Shown here one piece after another: positions 11,507 to 24,073 of a stretch of DNA of 64,000 nucleotides. Source of the DNA: Perkinsus chesapeaki ATCC PRA-425 (taxonomy: Eukaryota; Protista; Perkinsozoa); NCBI GenBank assembly GCA_013115145.1, contig JAAPAO010000017.1, positions 62,001-126,000 on the forward strand. Direction: 5' to 3'. Position numbers and translations under genes: made by a program. Below the pieces are notes generated by a model. It saw only the letters and a list, made by a program, of their open reading frames with translations. It was not told the origin of the DNA and did not search any database. Position 1 is the stretch's first letter; each line of letters opens with the position of its first letter.

Positions 11507-12247
11507 GGGGATATGTTTCCCCACAAAAAGGCCTCGGTCTAATTTATCTTTTTAGAAGGTTGCATTGTGTTTAGTAATCACCAGAGACCACTATGGGTAG
11601 CTTCAGTAGTGTCTTGTAGAAGGATACCTGTGACCTGGGGCAATTTAGCTGTTATCCTTTACTGTGGGCCTAGCGTATAGCCTATCGTATAGGCCTTCAG
11701 GTCGAGGTAATCGAGACCGGATTGTTGCACCCTGTTGTAGAAGATAGTAGCGAGGGACGAGGGACGATATGGGCGGATGTCTCTCGTCGAATAACGTGTC
11801 TACGGTTACAGAGCTGCTGGCTGCAATTAGAACATTTTTCGTTTGTGAATTTTTAATAAGAGTGAGAGCTCAGGTCTCCATGGAGGGTTTAACGGGCGCG
11901 CAGTGGCGGCGGAGGAAGTACCAGGAAAGCTACTTTTCGGGAATGCAACCTTAAACTCTGTCAAGACACACACTTGCGGTTGAATGTTCGAACCATGCGC
12001 CATGGTGGCGCTGGGGAAGTTAGGGCTGCTTAGCGAGGAGGAAGGAAGTGTTGTGTCTGATGTTGAAGCTGAGTTGTAGAGGAAATGTTTGATAGTGTGT
12101 AGCTCTTGACAAATGACAAGTTGGATGTCGTAGTGTTGTGTTGTTCATTTCGGGTGGGGGTAGATGAGCCATATTGAGCACTCAAAGGGGGGGCCTGCTG
12201 CAGTGTTTTGGCCTCCGTGGCTTAGTGAGGCTTCCTTTTGGTAACTA

Positions 12248-15200
12248 TGGTGAAGGAGGAGAAGAAAGTGAAGAAGGAAAAAAAAGATAAGAAAGTTAAA
12301 AAAGAGAAAAAAGAGAAAAAAGACAAGAAGGAGAAGAAGGACAAGAAAGAGAAGAAGTCCAAGACCACAGCCACCAGCAGTAGCCGGCCAGGTACCAAGG
12401 CCCCTGCTGCACGGAAACCGAGGGCAAAGAAGGTAGTAAGGCCGCTGCTGAGGTACCAAACTTGTACCTGGCAAGGGGGATCATGTACGGCCATTACGGT
12501 CATGGTTGTAGCCCTGGTTAGGCCGTGATGGCGAACTTGGGAGTGGATAAGGCTGTTATGGAATCACATACCGACTTCTATCATTTTAGGGGTGAAACGG
12601 AGCTAGTATAGTAGTGCGTGAAGTATCTTATTTACTGTAACCCTAGAGCGTTTACACATCCACATTTATGTGTTGATGGGCACTGTGGAGCAGTCTGGTG
12701 TGTTAGGAAGGAGATGCTAAGTCGGCAACTGGTGGTAGGAAACGGAAGGCAATAGTGAGGACTGAGGAGGACTTTGAGCCCTTTAATAGATGGTGGGAAA
12801 AGGATCCCGAGGTACTACTGAGGAAGGGGGCGTTCGCCTTGGACGTGATGATATTGGAGGTAGTGGAACTATAACAGCAGGAAGTAGTATAGTATCTTTT
12901 ACTATTGTAGTTGTGGTTGAACATCTATAGTGTTGTTTCTATAGGATACCGATAAGAAGTGGAACTATCTAGAGCATCACGGTATGATGTTCACCCCACC
13001 CTACGAGGCTCATGGTGTGAAGATGCTGTAGGAGTGTAGTGGGGGAGCTGGGTGGCAATCCCTGTATGACAGGTATAATGGTGAACCAGTAGATCTACCA
13101 CCAGAGGCAGAGGAGGTCGCAACGTTCTTCGCTCAAACCTTAGGTGAGATGCTGTTGGTCACTATACGGGTATAAGTTTCTTTATGAGTGAAGGCCTCTG
13201 TTCTCTTCTGTCTAGGCCTCTATTTTGTTGGTTGTAGTCTACAACTGGGAGAGTGGCCCCATAGACAGCTCTAAAAAGGCAAAATGGAATTTAGCTTCTA
13301 GTAGACATAACCATCTAACATTATAGAACTTGTCACTTAAACCACCGGCCTTGGTGTCTAGTGCACCAGATGATATAACCATTTGTACGTCTTTAATCCC
13401 GAGGACCGATGCTTCGATTATACGGCCGCATAATTAGTGGTACGTACTGTGTCCCAGTCTGTGTGGTAGATTGTACTAGGTAATAGAGATACCCTACAGA
13501 TGTAGCGTTATCGGAACCGGGAAAGGTCAAAACACCTTCCGAATTATACGAGGATATGTGTGAATGAACTCCCTCTATGCGACACCATAATTTCCGCCAT
13601 AAACGGTTTCCATAGCTCTGTCAACTTCTCGACGCGCGAAGATAGTATTTTGACTTTGCCTGATGTCCTTTCATGACATTCGAGGAAGGGTGGTTTGATT
13701 GGGTCGCCTCAGGGACGGACTGGTGCCAAAAGGAGAAATTCCAGGACAACTTCTGGACAGATTTCCAGACTAAACTGCCCACGGAATTGAAGTCCAAGAT
13801 AAAGGATTTTAAGAAGTAAGTCGTGGGTTCGATCCCTGGGGAGGGTATTTTATTCAGATGTGATTTCGAGCCAATCAAGAACTTCTTGGATAAACGTAGC
13901 GAAGCTAAGAAGGCTCGGACTAAGGAGGAGAAGGAGGCAGAAAAGGAGAAGAAGCAACGGGAGGATCATCCCTATACCCATGTTATAGTGGACGATCTGA
14001 GGGAAAGGTAAACCCATGGACAGACGGCGATACTGGACGCTGCCAGAGAAGGAACTTATTCTGGTGTGGGTGTTCGTAATGTTACAGTACGAATTAGTAA
14101 TTCTCGAAGGTTATAAGAATTTGAGTGGCTGGTATGGGTTCGAGTAGTTTAGACGTCGTTGTGGAGTCGTTGATTATGTGAGTTGAGAATATAATTAATA
14201 GGATATATTATACCGGCATTCCAGCTGCTCCTGCTCCTGCTCCTGCTGCTGCTTCCATGGTATCTCAAATGGTATGGTATACAGTACGGGTATTAGTAGT
14301 CTGTTGAAGATAGGCTTGGTGATGGTGCGGATCAATTCGTGTCTTGTGATAACTTAACACTCGGTGGTGGTGGTAAATTTTGATGAACGTCAACGGGAAG
14401 AATTGTGGAAATCGATTCGATGACAATTTGTGGGAAAATCTGCTCTAGGCAAGGCTTTGTTTCGTTGTTTAGAGTTGGCAACTTCCGTGTGGAGCCACCT
14501 AATCTCTTCCGAGGTCGAGGAGACCATCCCAAGATGGGCAAGCTGAAGCAGTACATTATGCCAGAGGATGTCACCGTCAATTGTGCAGCTGACGCTCCGG
14601 CGCCGAGAGTAGACTTGGTAGCGAATATGTGAGTGTCATGCCCTCGCTCATGCTCAGTGCCCAGTGCCGGGCCATGCCTACCGCGACGTTGTGCACGACC
14701 CTGCTGTTACATGGCTGGCGTGGTTCACTGATACTATCAATAATCAATTCAAGTAAGAAACGGTAAGATATTCTTTATAGTGCGATTGATCGATGAAGAT
14801 ACGTATTCTTAAACGCTGCGAGTGGATTCAAGGGACAAAGTGATTGGCTGAAATACGAGAAGGCACGGAAACTAAAGAAGTGAAATAATAAATGGTGGGG
14901 TTAGTGTGTTGGAAGGCACGGTTGTTGCTGGCAGGTATATTGGAGGTATTAGAGCTGATTATACGAAGAAGATGAAGTCAAGTGATAACGATGAGAAGCA
15001 GCTTGGTACGGCAGTGTACCTTATTGATAGGCTGGCATTGAGGGTAAGGAAGAGGTCGTCAGGAATAACACCTCCAAATGGGATCATTCGCTACCGTAGA
15101 TCGACTTAACTCGGTTGAGCTCGGTGTTGCGGTAATTGGTCGGTAAGCCTGGCTTAACTATTCATATCTATTAAGGGGAATCCTGTTAGTGGCATACTGC

Positions 15201-16922
15201 TGCTGTTCAGGTTGGTAATGAGAAGAACACTGACGAGGAGGCGGATACTGTGGGCTGCTGTAAGGAATCTCTAATGCCTGCTTTCAACACAATTTACCAT
15301 CTCAGGCAGCCTGCGAGTAGAGCACATGACATTCGAGCCTGATAATCAAATCACACTCGATTTCCTCGGCAAGGATTCCATCCGCTATTTCAATACTGTC
15401 CCCGTTGATGCGTAGGATTGGCTGGGAGGAGCGGCGAACTGTTATTGCCTATGCCAGACTGGTTTATAAAAATCTGAAGTCGCTCACTAAGGGACGGAAG
15501 CCGGATGAGATGATATTCTCCATGGATCCCTCCAAGGTCAATGAGTACTTCAAGCAGTTTATGTCGGATCTCTCAGCGAAGGTTGGCAGGTTGATTCCCA
15601 TCTGCCCTCGACCGTTGATGTTTCAGGTCTTTCGTACCTATAATGCCTCGATTACGCTGGAGCAAGAACTGTGTAAGTAGACAGTTAAAAGGCTTCCTGG
15701 TTATCGAGCCGTGTATATATTTTACTTGGCACGTTGATTATTCAGTAACCGTATGTACTTGCTCGTATCCTATAGTTACATATACAGCCCCTCACAATGA
15801 AATAGAATATTTCGTACTTTCAGTTCTCACTCAATCTTCAGTGTTGTAGCTTGAAATTCTAAGCAAGAGCAGTAGAATGAGAATCGAAACCGTGACACCA
15901 ACGTTGTTGCATTCGATCATTTACTAGTTACTGCTATTATCTACTAACATGCTTCCTATTGCTCGACGGTATACAGTGGAATCGGGTGGTATGTTAGTGT
16001 GGTCAGTGGTGTCTGCAGCAACTCGGTTTGTGTCATAACCACGGTTCGGCAACAACATAAGATGCGCTGTACTAGGTTAAGCGCTGCCGTGGTGTCGGTT
16101 ATTCTAGTTTGAAATATCTCACCATACAGAGAAATCTATGCGTCTACCAATAGGCATGTCTCAGGCAAGTTTGATCCGAATGAGCATGATATTAGTGACC
16201 CTAGTGAGCTGGTGAAGTTCTATAACGATGCCAATAGAAGAGTCGCCATTTTGTGTAACCATCAGGTGAGCCACTATTACTTATATGCTGCACACTTGTC
16301 TGCTATTTAGAGAGCTCCACCGAAGCAACATGAGGCAGGAATGGAGAGGCTCAAAAAGAAGCTTAGCGATCAGGAGGTCGCTCGCCATACCGAATTCTTC
16401 TCTAATCGTGCCCGTCTTTATTAGGCAGTCCTACGGGGCCTGGAAGGTCTACGGGACGAAGAGCTTGGCAAGAGCGTCTCGAAGACAGTAAGCATCCCGT
16501 AGGAGCGTTGAGAAGAATGCCTGCCCGTTCAGGTTAAAGATATCATTGCCGAGAAGAATCTTAAGTTCTCCAACATGGACGCGTTAGTTCGGAAGATTAA
16601 ATCTCAGACTTTAGCAGGTAGGAATGCATTTCGGGCGATGCTGAGGTGAAGCTGTCGCTTTAGTGGAGCGAACTAAGATTCAAATAGCGGACAAAGAAGA
16701 CAATAAAACCGTGTCACTGACTACCTCCAAGATCAACTATATGGACCCCAGGATATCTGTTGCCTTCTGCAAGTCCCTCGACTGCCCAATAGAGAAGGTG
16801 GGTCGACTAGTAAGAGAAAGAGCCTCTGTTGGATATTCGGCTTCGGTCTTCAGATATTTGCGAAGACTATTCGGAACAAGTTCCCATGGGCGATGCACAC
16901 AAAGAGCTCGTGGAGGTTTTAG
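12248..16922 (+). CDS. TOP1: DNA topoisomerase I (type IB), multi-exon
   Basis: K/E-rich N-terminus; [110 protein letters not shown] and catalytic [10 protein letters not shown]; stop TAG at 16920-16922. Confidence 0.97.
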
Positions 16923-17203
16923 ACAGTTGTTACGTGTCGTCGGAGATTACCATTGTTCTACTTCGCGGTCCGTTCTGCAAGCACTGCCCCATTGGTTTCT
17001 GACACCTCTAGCTGTGCAAGTCTATTGCTAACGTAAAACATTATGTGTTGTGTTGTTGCTTATATTACTAACGGGGACAATTCGTTGGTCTCGTGATGGC
17101 GCGGAACCGTGACGCATCCCATCCGATGTTTTGCGTGCTGGGGCGAGCCCGGGGGCTTCCGACTACATTCATACTTTTAGTAGTCGACTTTTTCCTGACG
17201 GAC

Positions 17204-19688
17204 ATGACCAGGGACAGACAGCCTGAACCCCTGAAACTGTCCGACCTTCGATCGGATCTTATTCGCCAAGAGGAGACTATCATTTTTGCTCTGATAGAAA
17301 GAGCCCAGTTCAAGCAGGTAGGGTGCGCCCTAACCACTCCACAGAGCTATTACCTTTCAGAATCTGTCGAACTATTCCCTATGTAACCAGATTGGTACAT
17401 GCTCCAAGCTGGACTATTTCCTTACAGAGACCGAGAAGCTCCATTCTAGGTTCAGGAGATATGAGATGTTAGAAGAGCCCTTCACTAACCCCAAATTCGT
17501 ATGTTTCATGCCACATTGCCGCCTGAGCCTCGAGCCTTTGCATATTCAGCTTCCCGCGCCCTTTTTCTCCGAAGCCCACGATGGTCCCCAAAGGATCGTC
17601 CCCAACACCATTAACGCCAATAGTCGGCTGAAATCGTAGGATTCTGAGAGTAGGTCTCGGTAACCAACTGTAGGTTCTACGTTAAGAATGTCATACCATT
17701 GATATGTCGGCCTGGAGAGGAGGAGGTGTCAGCGGCCTTGGGTACTCAACATTACTGTGTGCTGCTGTTGGGTGCAGCTGTCTCGGCTGAATAGGTGCAT
17801 CGGTGGTTAGGGATGTGACAGCACTACAGGCTATGAGTAGAAGGATACACTATGGCAAACTGGTTGCTGAGGCCAAATTTCAGGCTAATACTCCACTGTA
17901 GGCAGTTCCCGCTCATGTCCTTCCGACAGTGTGAGGATGATAAGGCCCCCTGTCGACTATTCAATAATATCTTTTCCTGGTCCATAGTAGCTCTAATGGC
18001 TCTTCGGTGAGGCTTCCATATTCGTACCACTAGCGATCACCTCCAACTTCAATGCGAATGATGGTGTCCAAGCGAAGTCTGTTTCTTTAGATACTCTCAG
18101 TTGATTCGGGCGCAGGACGCTGACGGTCTCATGGATTTGCTCACGGACTCCGCCGTCGAAGAGAAGCTCCTGCAGAGAGTTCGCGAAAAAGCCCGGGCCT
18201 ACGGCAGGGATATCCAGAACGGTAAGCTACTGGCTGGTGCTGGAAGGTATGGCTCTCAGGTGGGTCTGAGGTTGTAGTCGACGATTCTGCGCTGAAGGTA
18301 GATCCTGAGAATGTCGTCCTTGCTTACAGAGAGCTCATGATACCCCTCACTAAGGAGGTCCAGGTTGGTTCGAGGTATCTTTGCGCATCCGGAAGAATTC
18401 GATCCTGCAGGTCGCCTACCTCCTTCGACGTCTAGATTCTTTGGTCATTGCAGTGACCGCTGGATGGGGAAGAGTGGCAGCTATGGAGTACACCATGGGA
18501 GACAGGGGGAGCATCAGTCCGCATGCCTCCGGTCGTGATGCCAGTGCCGCTGAGCTCAAAGTCCACGAGTAGGAGGCCAGTGGAAGCTTCTTCGGTGTAA
18601 TCCTTTTCAGCTCGGTGAAGAGCGTTTTTGATGATGTTGCTAGCGGCGCCGTTAGCTTCGGTGTGGTCCCCCTAGACAGCAGTGTTACAGGTACGCAGAC
18701 GTTCAGTTCCGGAGGGGTCATATCATTTCAATGCAGGTGTCGAAATTCGGACGTTGGAAGCTTTGATGGATAGTCATAGGCAGAATGGAGCCAACCTGGT
18801 TATTAGCGACCAGCTGTCGCTGCGCCCCAGGTGCGAAAACCATGGCAAGTTGTCGCGTGGTTAGTTGGCTGGTCAGTTACGCTGTTATATCCCATCCAAA
18901 TGGAGGCAAGCCTGTACCTCTAACAAGAGCATCTGTGGTTATAACTACTAGCATGGCTTCTGAATACTGTAGAGCTGAAATCACTGCGGTGCCGGGCATC
19001 AAGACCAGACTGGTAGACTGCTACTTTGAAGCAGTTGAGAAGGTACCACAATTCCTGCTACTGACAGCAAGGCCCTCTCCCTCCTCAGCTCATAGAGGCT
19101 TTAAAGGACGACAAGAAGGCTGTGGCTATTATCCCGACACCTTACCTATATAAAATGATGGAGATGTATGGCCACGAGTTCAAGTCGATCATCATACCCA
19201 ATTCGGACCTTGGCAACATTAAGCTTCAGTAGATCACGCTTTTCGCCCCAACAAACAGAACAGTTCTCTCAGATTCGGTATCCTCCGTCGTCCACTGGCA
19301 TATGGCCCCGCAACTGGCTCGGACCGCACTCTCATTGCTTTCAATGTCGATCACAGCCATGGTTCCCTGATGACCGCCTTGGACTGCTTTAGAGTATCAC
19401 AAGTCAATCTGTCAAGTCTTCACTCATTCCCCGCTAGTAAGATCCCCTCCCGATTAGCCGCTCCAGTCGCCTACCCTCAGGCTCTGGCTTTGATTTCGTT
19501 GCCATCGCTGATGGTCATCCTGATGCCGAGGAAACTAGACATGCCGTCGAGCTTTTGATGGGTGCCAGAACTGCTGCGGGCACTAAACCGAACTGGGCTA
19601 AAGTAAAGTCGCTTCGTGCGCGTGCGTGCAGTCGTTCTTGCATTCGCAGGTGCTGGGCTGCTTCCATGTCCCGGAGGAGGACCGATGA
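17204..19688 (+). CDS. Chorismate mutase (eukaryotic Aro7/AroQ type) fused to a prephenate dehydratase-like domain and an ACT domain, multi-exon
   Basis: CM motifs: LKLSDLRSDLIRQEETIIFALIERAQF, LHSRFRRYEM..EEPF, LQAMSRRIHYGKLVAEAKF, IPLTKEVQV. PDT-like: SVKSVFDDVASGAVSFGVVPLDSSVTG. ACT-like: DRTLIAFNVDHSHGSLMTALDCF..VNLSSLHSFP, ending VLGCFHVPEEDR. Confidence 0.88.
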
Positions 19689-20165
19689 GTGTGTCAGAAG
19701 GCGTATCTCTTTTGTTTGTTGTTTGTTGTAAAACTCGACGTGTTTCTTATCGTCATGATATTATCCGGTGGTATAACACTAATGATATGAGTTTCATTTT
19801 TCACTGAGGCCGGCTCGAGCGTTGTTATTCTCATACCACAAAAGAAAACTTGAACAAACTGAAATTACGGTTTTTATCTGTTAATAAATCACAGTGCATG
19901 TAAGAAACAGACACTGTCGGGCTTTGTGGGATTCGAATGGTCTACAAATACAATAGATTAGAACCCTCCCTCAATAATCGGGCCAACACTATAAGTTACG
20001 CAACACCCGTAGATATCTCATCTGACAACATCATCATTCATGTCCGACCATAAACAGTTTAAGATGGTAAGGGATTAACACGTACACTCAGAAATGAGAT
20101 GACATTAACAAAATGACGCCCAAAGCCTGCTGCTTCAAAATGTCCACCGGACGTTGCGGCGGCTC

Positions 20166-23100
20166 AGCCTAATAGAACGAAGGAATCAACCTCCGTGTAG
20201 AAGGCATCGTCAGCGATGATGGACCAGTCTGAGAGAAAGCTCTACTGTCGAGAAGTGACAGGCTTCCTTACCATCATCGAACTCTGACTCATCTGTACCC
20301 CAATCCGAATCCTCGAAATCTAGCTCATCATCTGGCTCACGGAGAGGCATGGGGATGGCCAACTTTCGGGGCTGAGATAAAAGGAAAAAATGGTATGAGT
20401 AATGTCTTGATAAGGTATACCTCGTAGATCTGAAGGTCAGTGCAGTAGGGTCTTGGGAGGGTTATAACAGCATCTTTACTCATAACTGGACGCTCGGTGA
20501 TGATCTAAAGAATACCTCACAATCGCCACGGTTAACAAGCCTACCTTGGTAAGGCAATTAGAGCCGACATCTCTCATAGTCGGAGAACCTACCAGGAAAT
20601 CACACGAATTCATCCATCGGTGCTGCAAGTTACCCTGGTGTTGTTCTTCTATGTCCCGATGGCGAACCTCAGGAGTCCAGACTTGCGAGGGACGAGAGCA
20701 GCCCTGGTGAAATGTTATTGTCATCTAACGCCAGTTGCCGCCTTACTTGATAAAGCTGTATGGTAGTGCAAGTCTGTGCAGCGTCGAGACGTTCGTCCCA
20801 ATCGGCCATAGCCTTCCGTTCCCGAGTCGCTTCCATCTCCGAGAGCCACGCAGTCTGAAGCACGACAACTGCAGGGCAGTGACAAGGTACGGTCTACCAT
20901 GGCCTCAAGCAGCTCTTTGCGCCGTCGCTGCGCCTCGAAATTACCTGCGGAACTCACTTGGTAACCAGAAATGCATCGCTACCTCGACCAACCTTGGTTT
21001 CCTGCTGACTTTTCTATCTGGATCCGATTCAGCACCGGGGTCTGTCTAAGGGGCTCCTGAGCAATAACCTCTCACAGGCAAGCCTGGGCACGGCTCACCC
21101 TAGCCATCGAGGAGCAGGAAGCGGAAGAAGATCCGTACTCGGAGACTTCGGTGAGGCACTCAAGGCTGGTGTCCGGGTCATCGGGGTCGGTAGAAGCATC
21201 GAGGAAGATAGACTCATCCGATTCCAACGATAACTCGGAGACTATCTCATCGTCAAGCGTGAGTATTCTAGCCTCAGAGGAGCCCTCGACAGTAGAGGAG
21301 CACTCTGAGGTCAAGCCGCTCTCCCAAACCTCGAACGGAGGGGCGGCGTCTGAGATGGCAGCAGGCGGCTCCTCGGCAGATAGGAGATAGTCCGAAGTAG
21401 GCCAGCCGCCAATTGGTACCGGCGGAGCCTGAAAAAATATCTTCAGTAAAGGTGACGCATGGTGTGGTACATTATAGGGAACCAGCTCCACACAAGGCAC
21501 CCCTGAAGGGACATCTTCTACAGAGCTGCTGCTGCTGCTGTCCGGTAGCTGCTGACATGAGAACCTTAGCTGAGAGGCTGAGGGATGAAGGTGATCTCAC
21601 CAATGGACGTCGTAGATCCTGAATCTCATCAGCCAGAGAGATGTAAGGGATGCCTGAGTCGTCTGTCTTAACTAGTTGCATAATCTCTAGCATGCTCCTT
21701 ACCAGTCATGGTGTCCTCATAGTCGAAGTATCGAGGCTGATCTCCTACCTCTTGCAGCCAAACCTCCTGACAGCTGACCGGTTAGCGACAAAGGTTCAAA
21801 GTCACATTCCCCAGCGTACCTGATATCGCCTCAGCTCTGCCTCTGTGATGCGGGGCTCCCAGTCGTCCGCGGTCCATGAGACCTGTTATAGGCAGCAGCT
21901 GCGACGATGGTCAAGGCCAGGTGTCTCACATTAGACACTGCGGATGATGCTTCTGTTGTCTTTTGCCTTTTCGTGACGTTGGAGTTAGGAATATCATCAT
22001 CTTCATCGTCATCTTAACAAAAGGTTCCAAGAATCTTTCGGGTGCGTCACTGACGCGCTTACCTCCATTCTCCACCGCTTCCTCGATCCTTCTCTTGAAA
22101 ATGGTAGGGCTTTTGCTGACAACGATCTGACAAGAACAGTACGACTATGTCGTCGGCCGTAGACATGCCTCATCCTCAGCCAGGTCGAAGGCCTCCATGC
22201 AGGTGAGGAGGTCCCTGAGGCTCAGCATGATACTGTAGACGGGATTGATGGCCCATCTCATCGACTCGGAGGCGGATATCTGAAAACGAAGGGGGTGTCG
22301 GAAAGGGGCAGGCCAGGAAGTAAGTGACCAGTTTGTGGACAGAAGTGAAGTTGAAACCAGAAGTTCTATGACTGAGTGGTGACAGAACTTCTGAAAAGGA
22401 TAAGGTCTAGCAGCAGGACAGAGGCCTTGGTGGCTTACGGAGCTCGACGCCGACCTCAGGGCTAGCAATGGTGGCCGCGTGATGACTACCCACGGAACAG
22501 AAGAGCTGAGGAGGGCGTAGATAGGGGGTATATAGGGGATCCTTACTGGAAGAAGAGGCTCATCGAGTCGAGGAAGAGGAGGAGATCTGCGTAGTGATGA
22601 TGGTAGGCTGAGTGGTGCCTCAATTGGCATCTACATAGGGACACTAGGATACTATAGAGGGTCGGTGGCGAGCCTTACCTGATACTGGCATAGAGGAGGT
22701 CTAGGGAACCACATTTCGATGGTATCTTGAGTAGCGAGGGACGTCTCCTTCCTGAACGGGCGTCTGGATGATGGGACTAGCAGTTCTGTGGCACATACTT
22801 ATCTTCTAGCTGCCTCTTAGGGGAGGCCTCAAACAAGCCGATCAGGTCGACGCTGATTTGTAAGCATTCAACCACTTCTATAAAGCAGCAGCTCACCTTG
22901 TAGCTGCTTGGCGAGTAGCATCCAGCATCTTGACAGCAGGCTCGGCAGATTGCCACCTTAATGGTGTCCAGAATTCCTCCATGTCGAAAGTAGGCAATGC
23001 GACTGGTGATGAATAATCCTCCTGAGGAATCTAGTGACGTTAGTTGGATGGAGCATGCTTCTACCTTGGATTCGTCTTGCTCTTTAGGACTATCTTTCAG

Positions 23101-23790
23101 AGGTATGGGAACCTTGGGGCGAGGGTAAGCCCTGAGATCTTTTATAGTCTCTGAAAGATATGTTTGAGGTCGGAAAGAAGCTACGTTGAAACTTACCTTC
23201 AAGAAGTTTGATGCAACCAGTGAGAGTCTCATGGTCAGGCAGATCGAAGTCTATAGAGTAGACTCTCGACATGGTTATCGACAAACTAATAACAACGTCT
23301 GAGAAGGGCAACTGCTAACAGCAAGATACCCCTGCATAGCAGTTCTCGTAACAAATGGCCTCGAATGGGTGGTAGTCAACATAAGACAGTTAGAAGCCTA
23401 CTGGGGGCTTTCAAGGTTGCTATGAGATCACCAGTACCAAACAAGGAGAACAATAATTCTCTACCGGAGCGTTTGGAAACTCCTCAGCGCACGAAAAGGT
23501 TTTTATTGAAGACGTGATCAGCTTGGAGATGCCGTGGGATGTGTAAAGCAAGTAATCCAACATAACCGCATCCCCCTAGCAGGGCTTCAAACAGTTCTGA
23601 AGGCTTAGGGACAAGTTTCCCCGTTCTCGAGACGACGTTCTGGAAAATAATCGGATCTTGCGCTGTCGTGCAACTTGCAGGAAACAACAATTTCGATTGT
23701 ACCGATGGGAGAGTCATGGGTGGGCTGGAGCTCAAAATGACAACCAAAAAGAGCCGGTTTCGTTGTGGGGATGTAGATGTTACTCGGAGC
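20166..23790 (-). CDS. Hypothetical multi-exon protein (boundaries uncertain)
   Basis: Successive open minus-strand segments bounded by GT/AG (e.g. VSWTADDWEPRITEAELRRYQ, EVWLQEVGDQPRYFDYEDTMT, an acidic S/E-rich exon at 21072-21500, terminal SFLSDWSIIADDAFYTEVDSFVLLG*); no domain recognised. Confidence 0.5.
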
Positions 23791-24073
23791 AAGGGTAGCG
23801 AATCGACCTGTGTCGAATCTTTCCTCGAAGTTCGTCAGTGTAGGCCTTTACGGTGCTTAGCCTATCGACGCTAGTTATATCGATACTTACAGCTTACATG
23901 TATTGTGAATTTCACAATGTGAACCATTATTGGGGATACCTTAGGGGTGATTTGGCGGAAATATGGTATTATTAAATTCAGCACTAGAGGAACGGAGGCA
24001 ATGTTGCGCCACGCTAGATATGTCGTTAAAAAGAGTTGTCGAGTATCTTACAGTAGTTGAGCTCAGCTTAAAG

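Noticed and set aside
10829-11524. 231-aa minus-strand ORF
   Set aside because: Shadow of the Gag-like gene; no motifs.
12145-12503. Minus-strand F/L/S-rich ORFs
   Set aside because: Antisense shadows of the K/E-rich first exon of TOP1.
15880-15920. Weak antisense resemblance to the tRNA-Gly T-arm (GTCACGGTTTCGATTCTC) in a large TOP1 intron
   Set aside because: Too degenerate, with no stem; cannot be told apart from chance.
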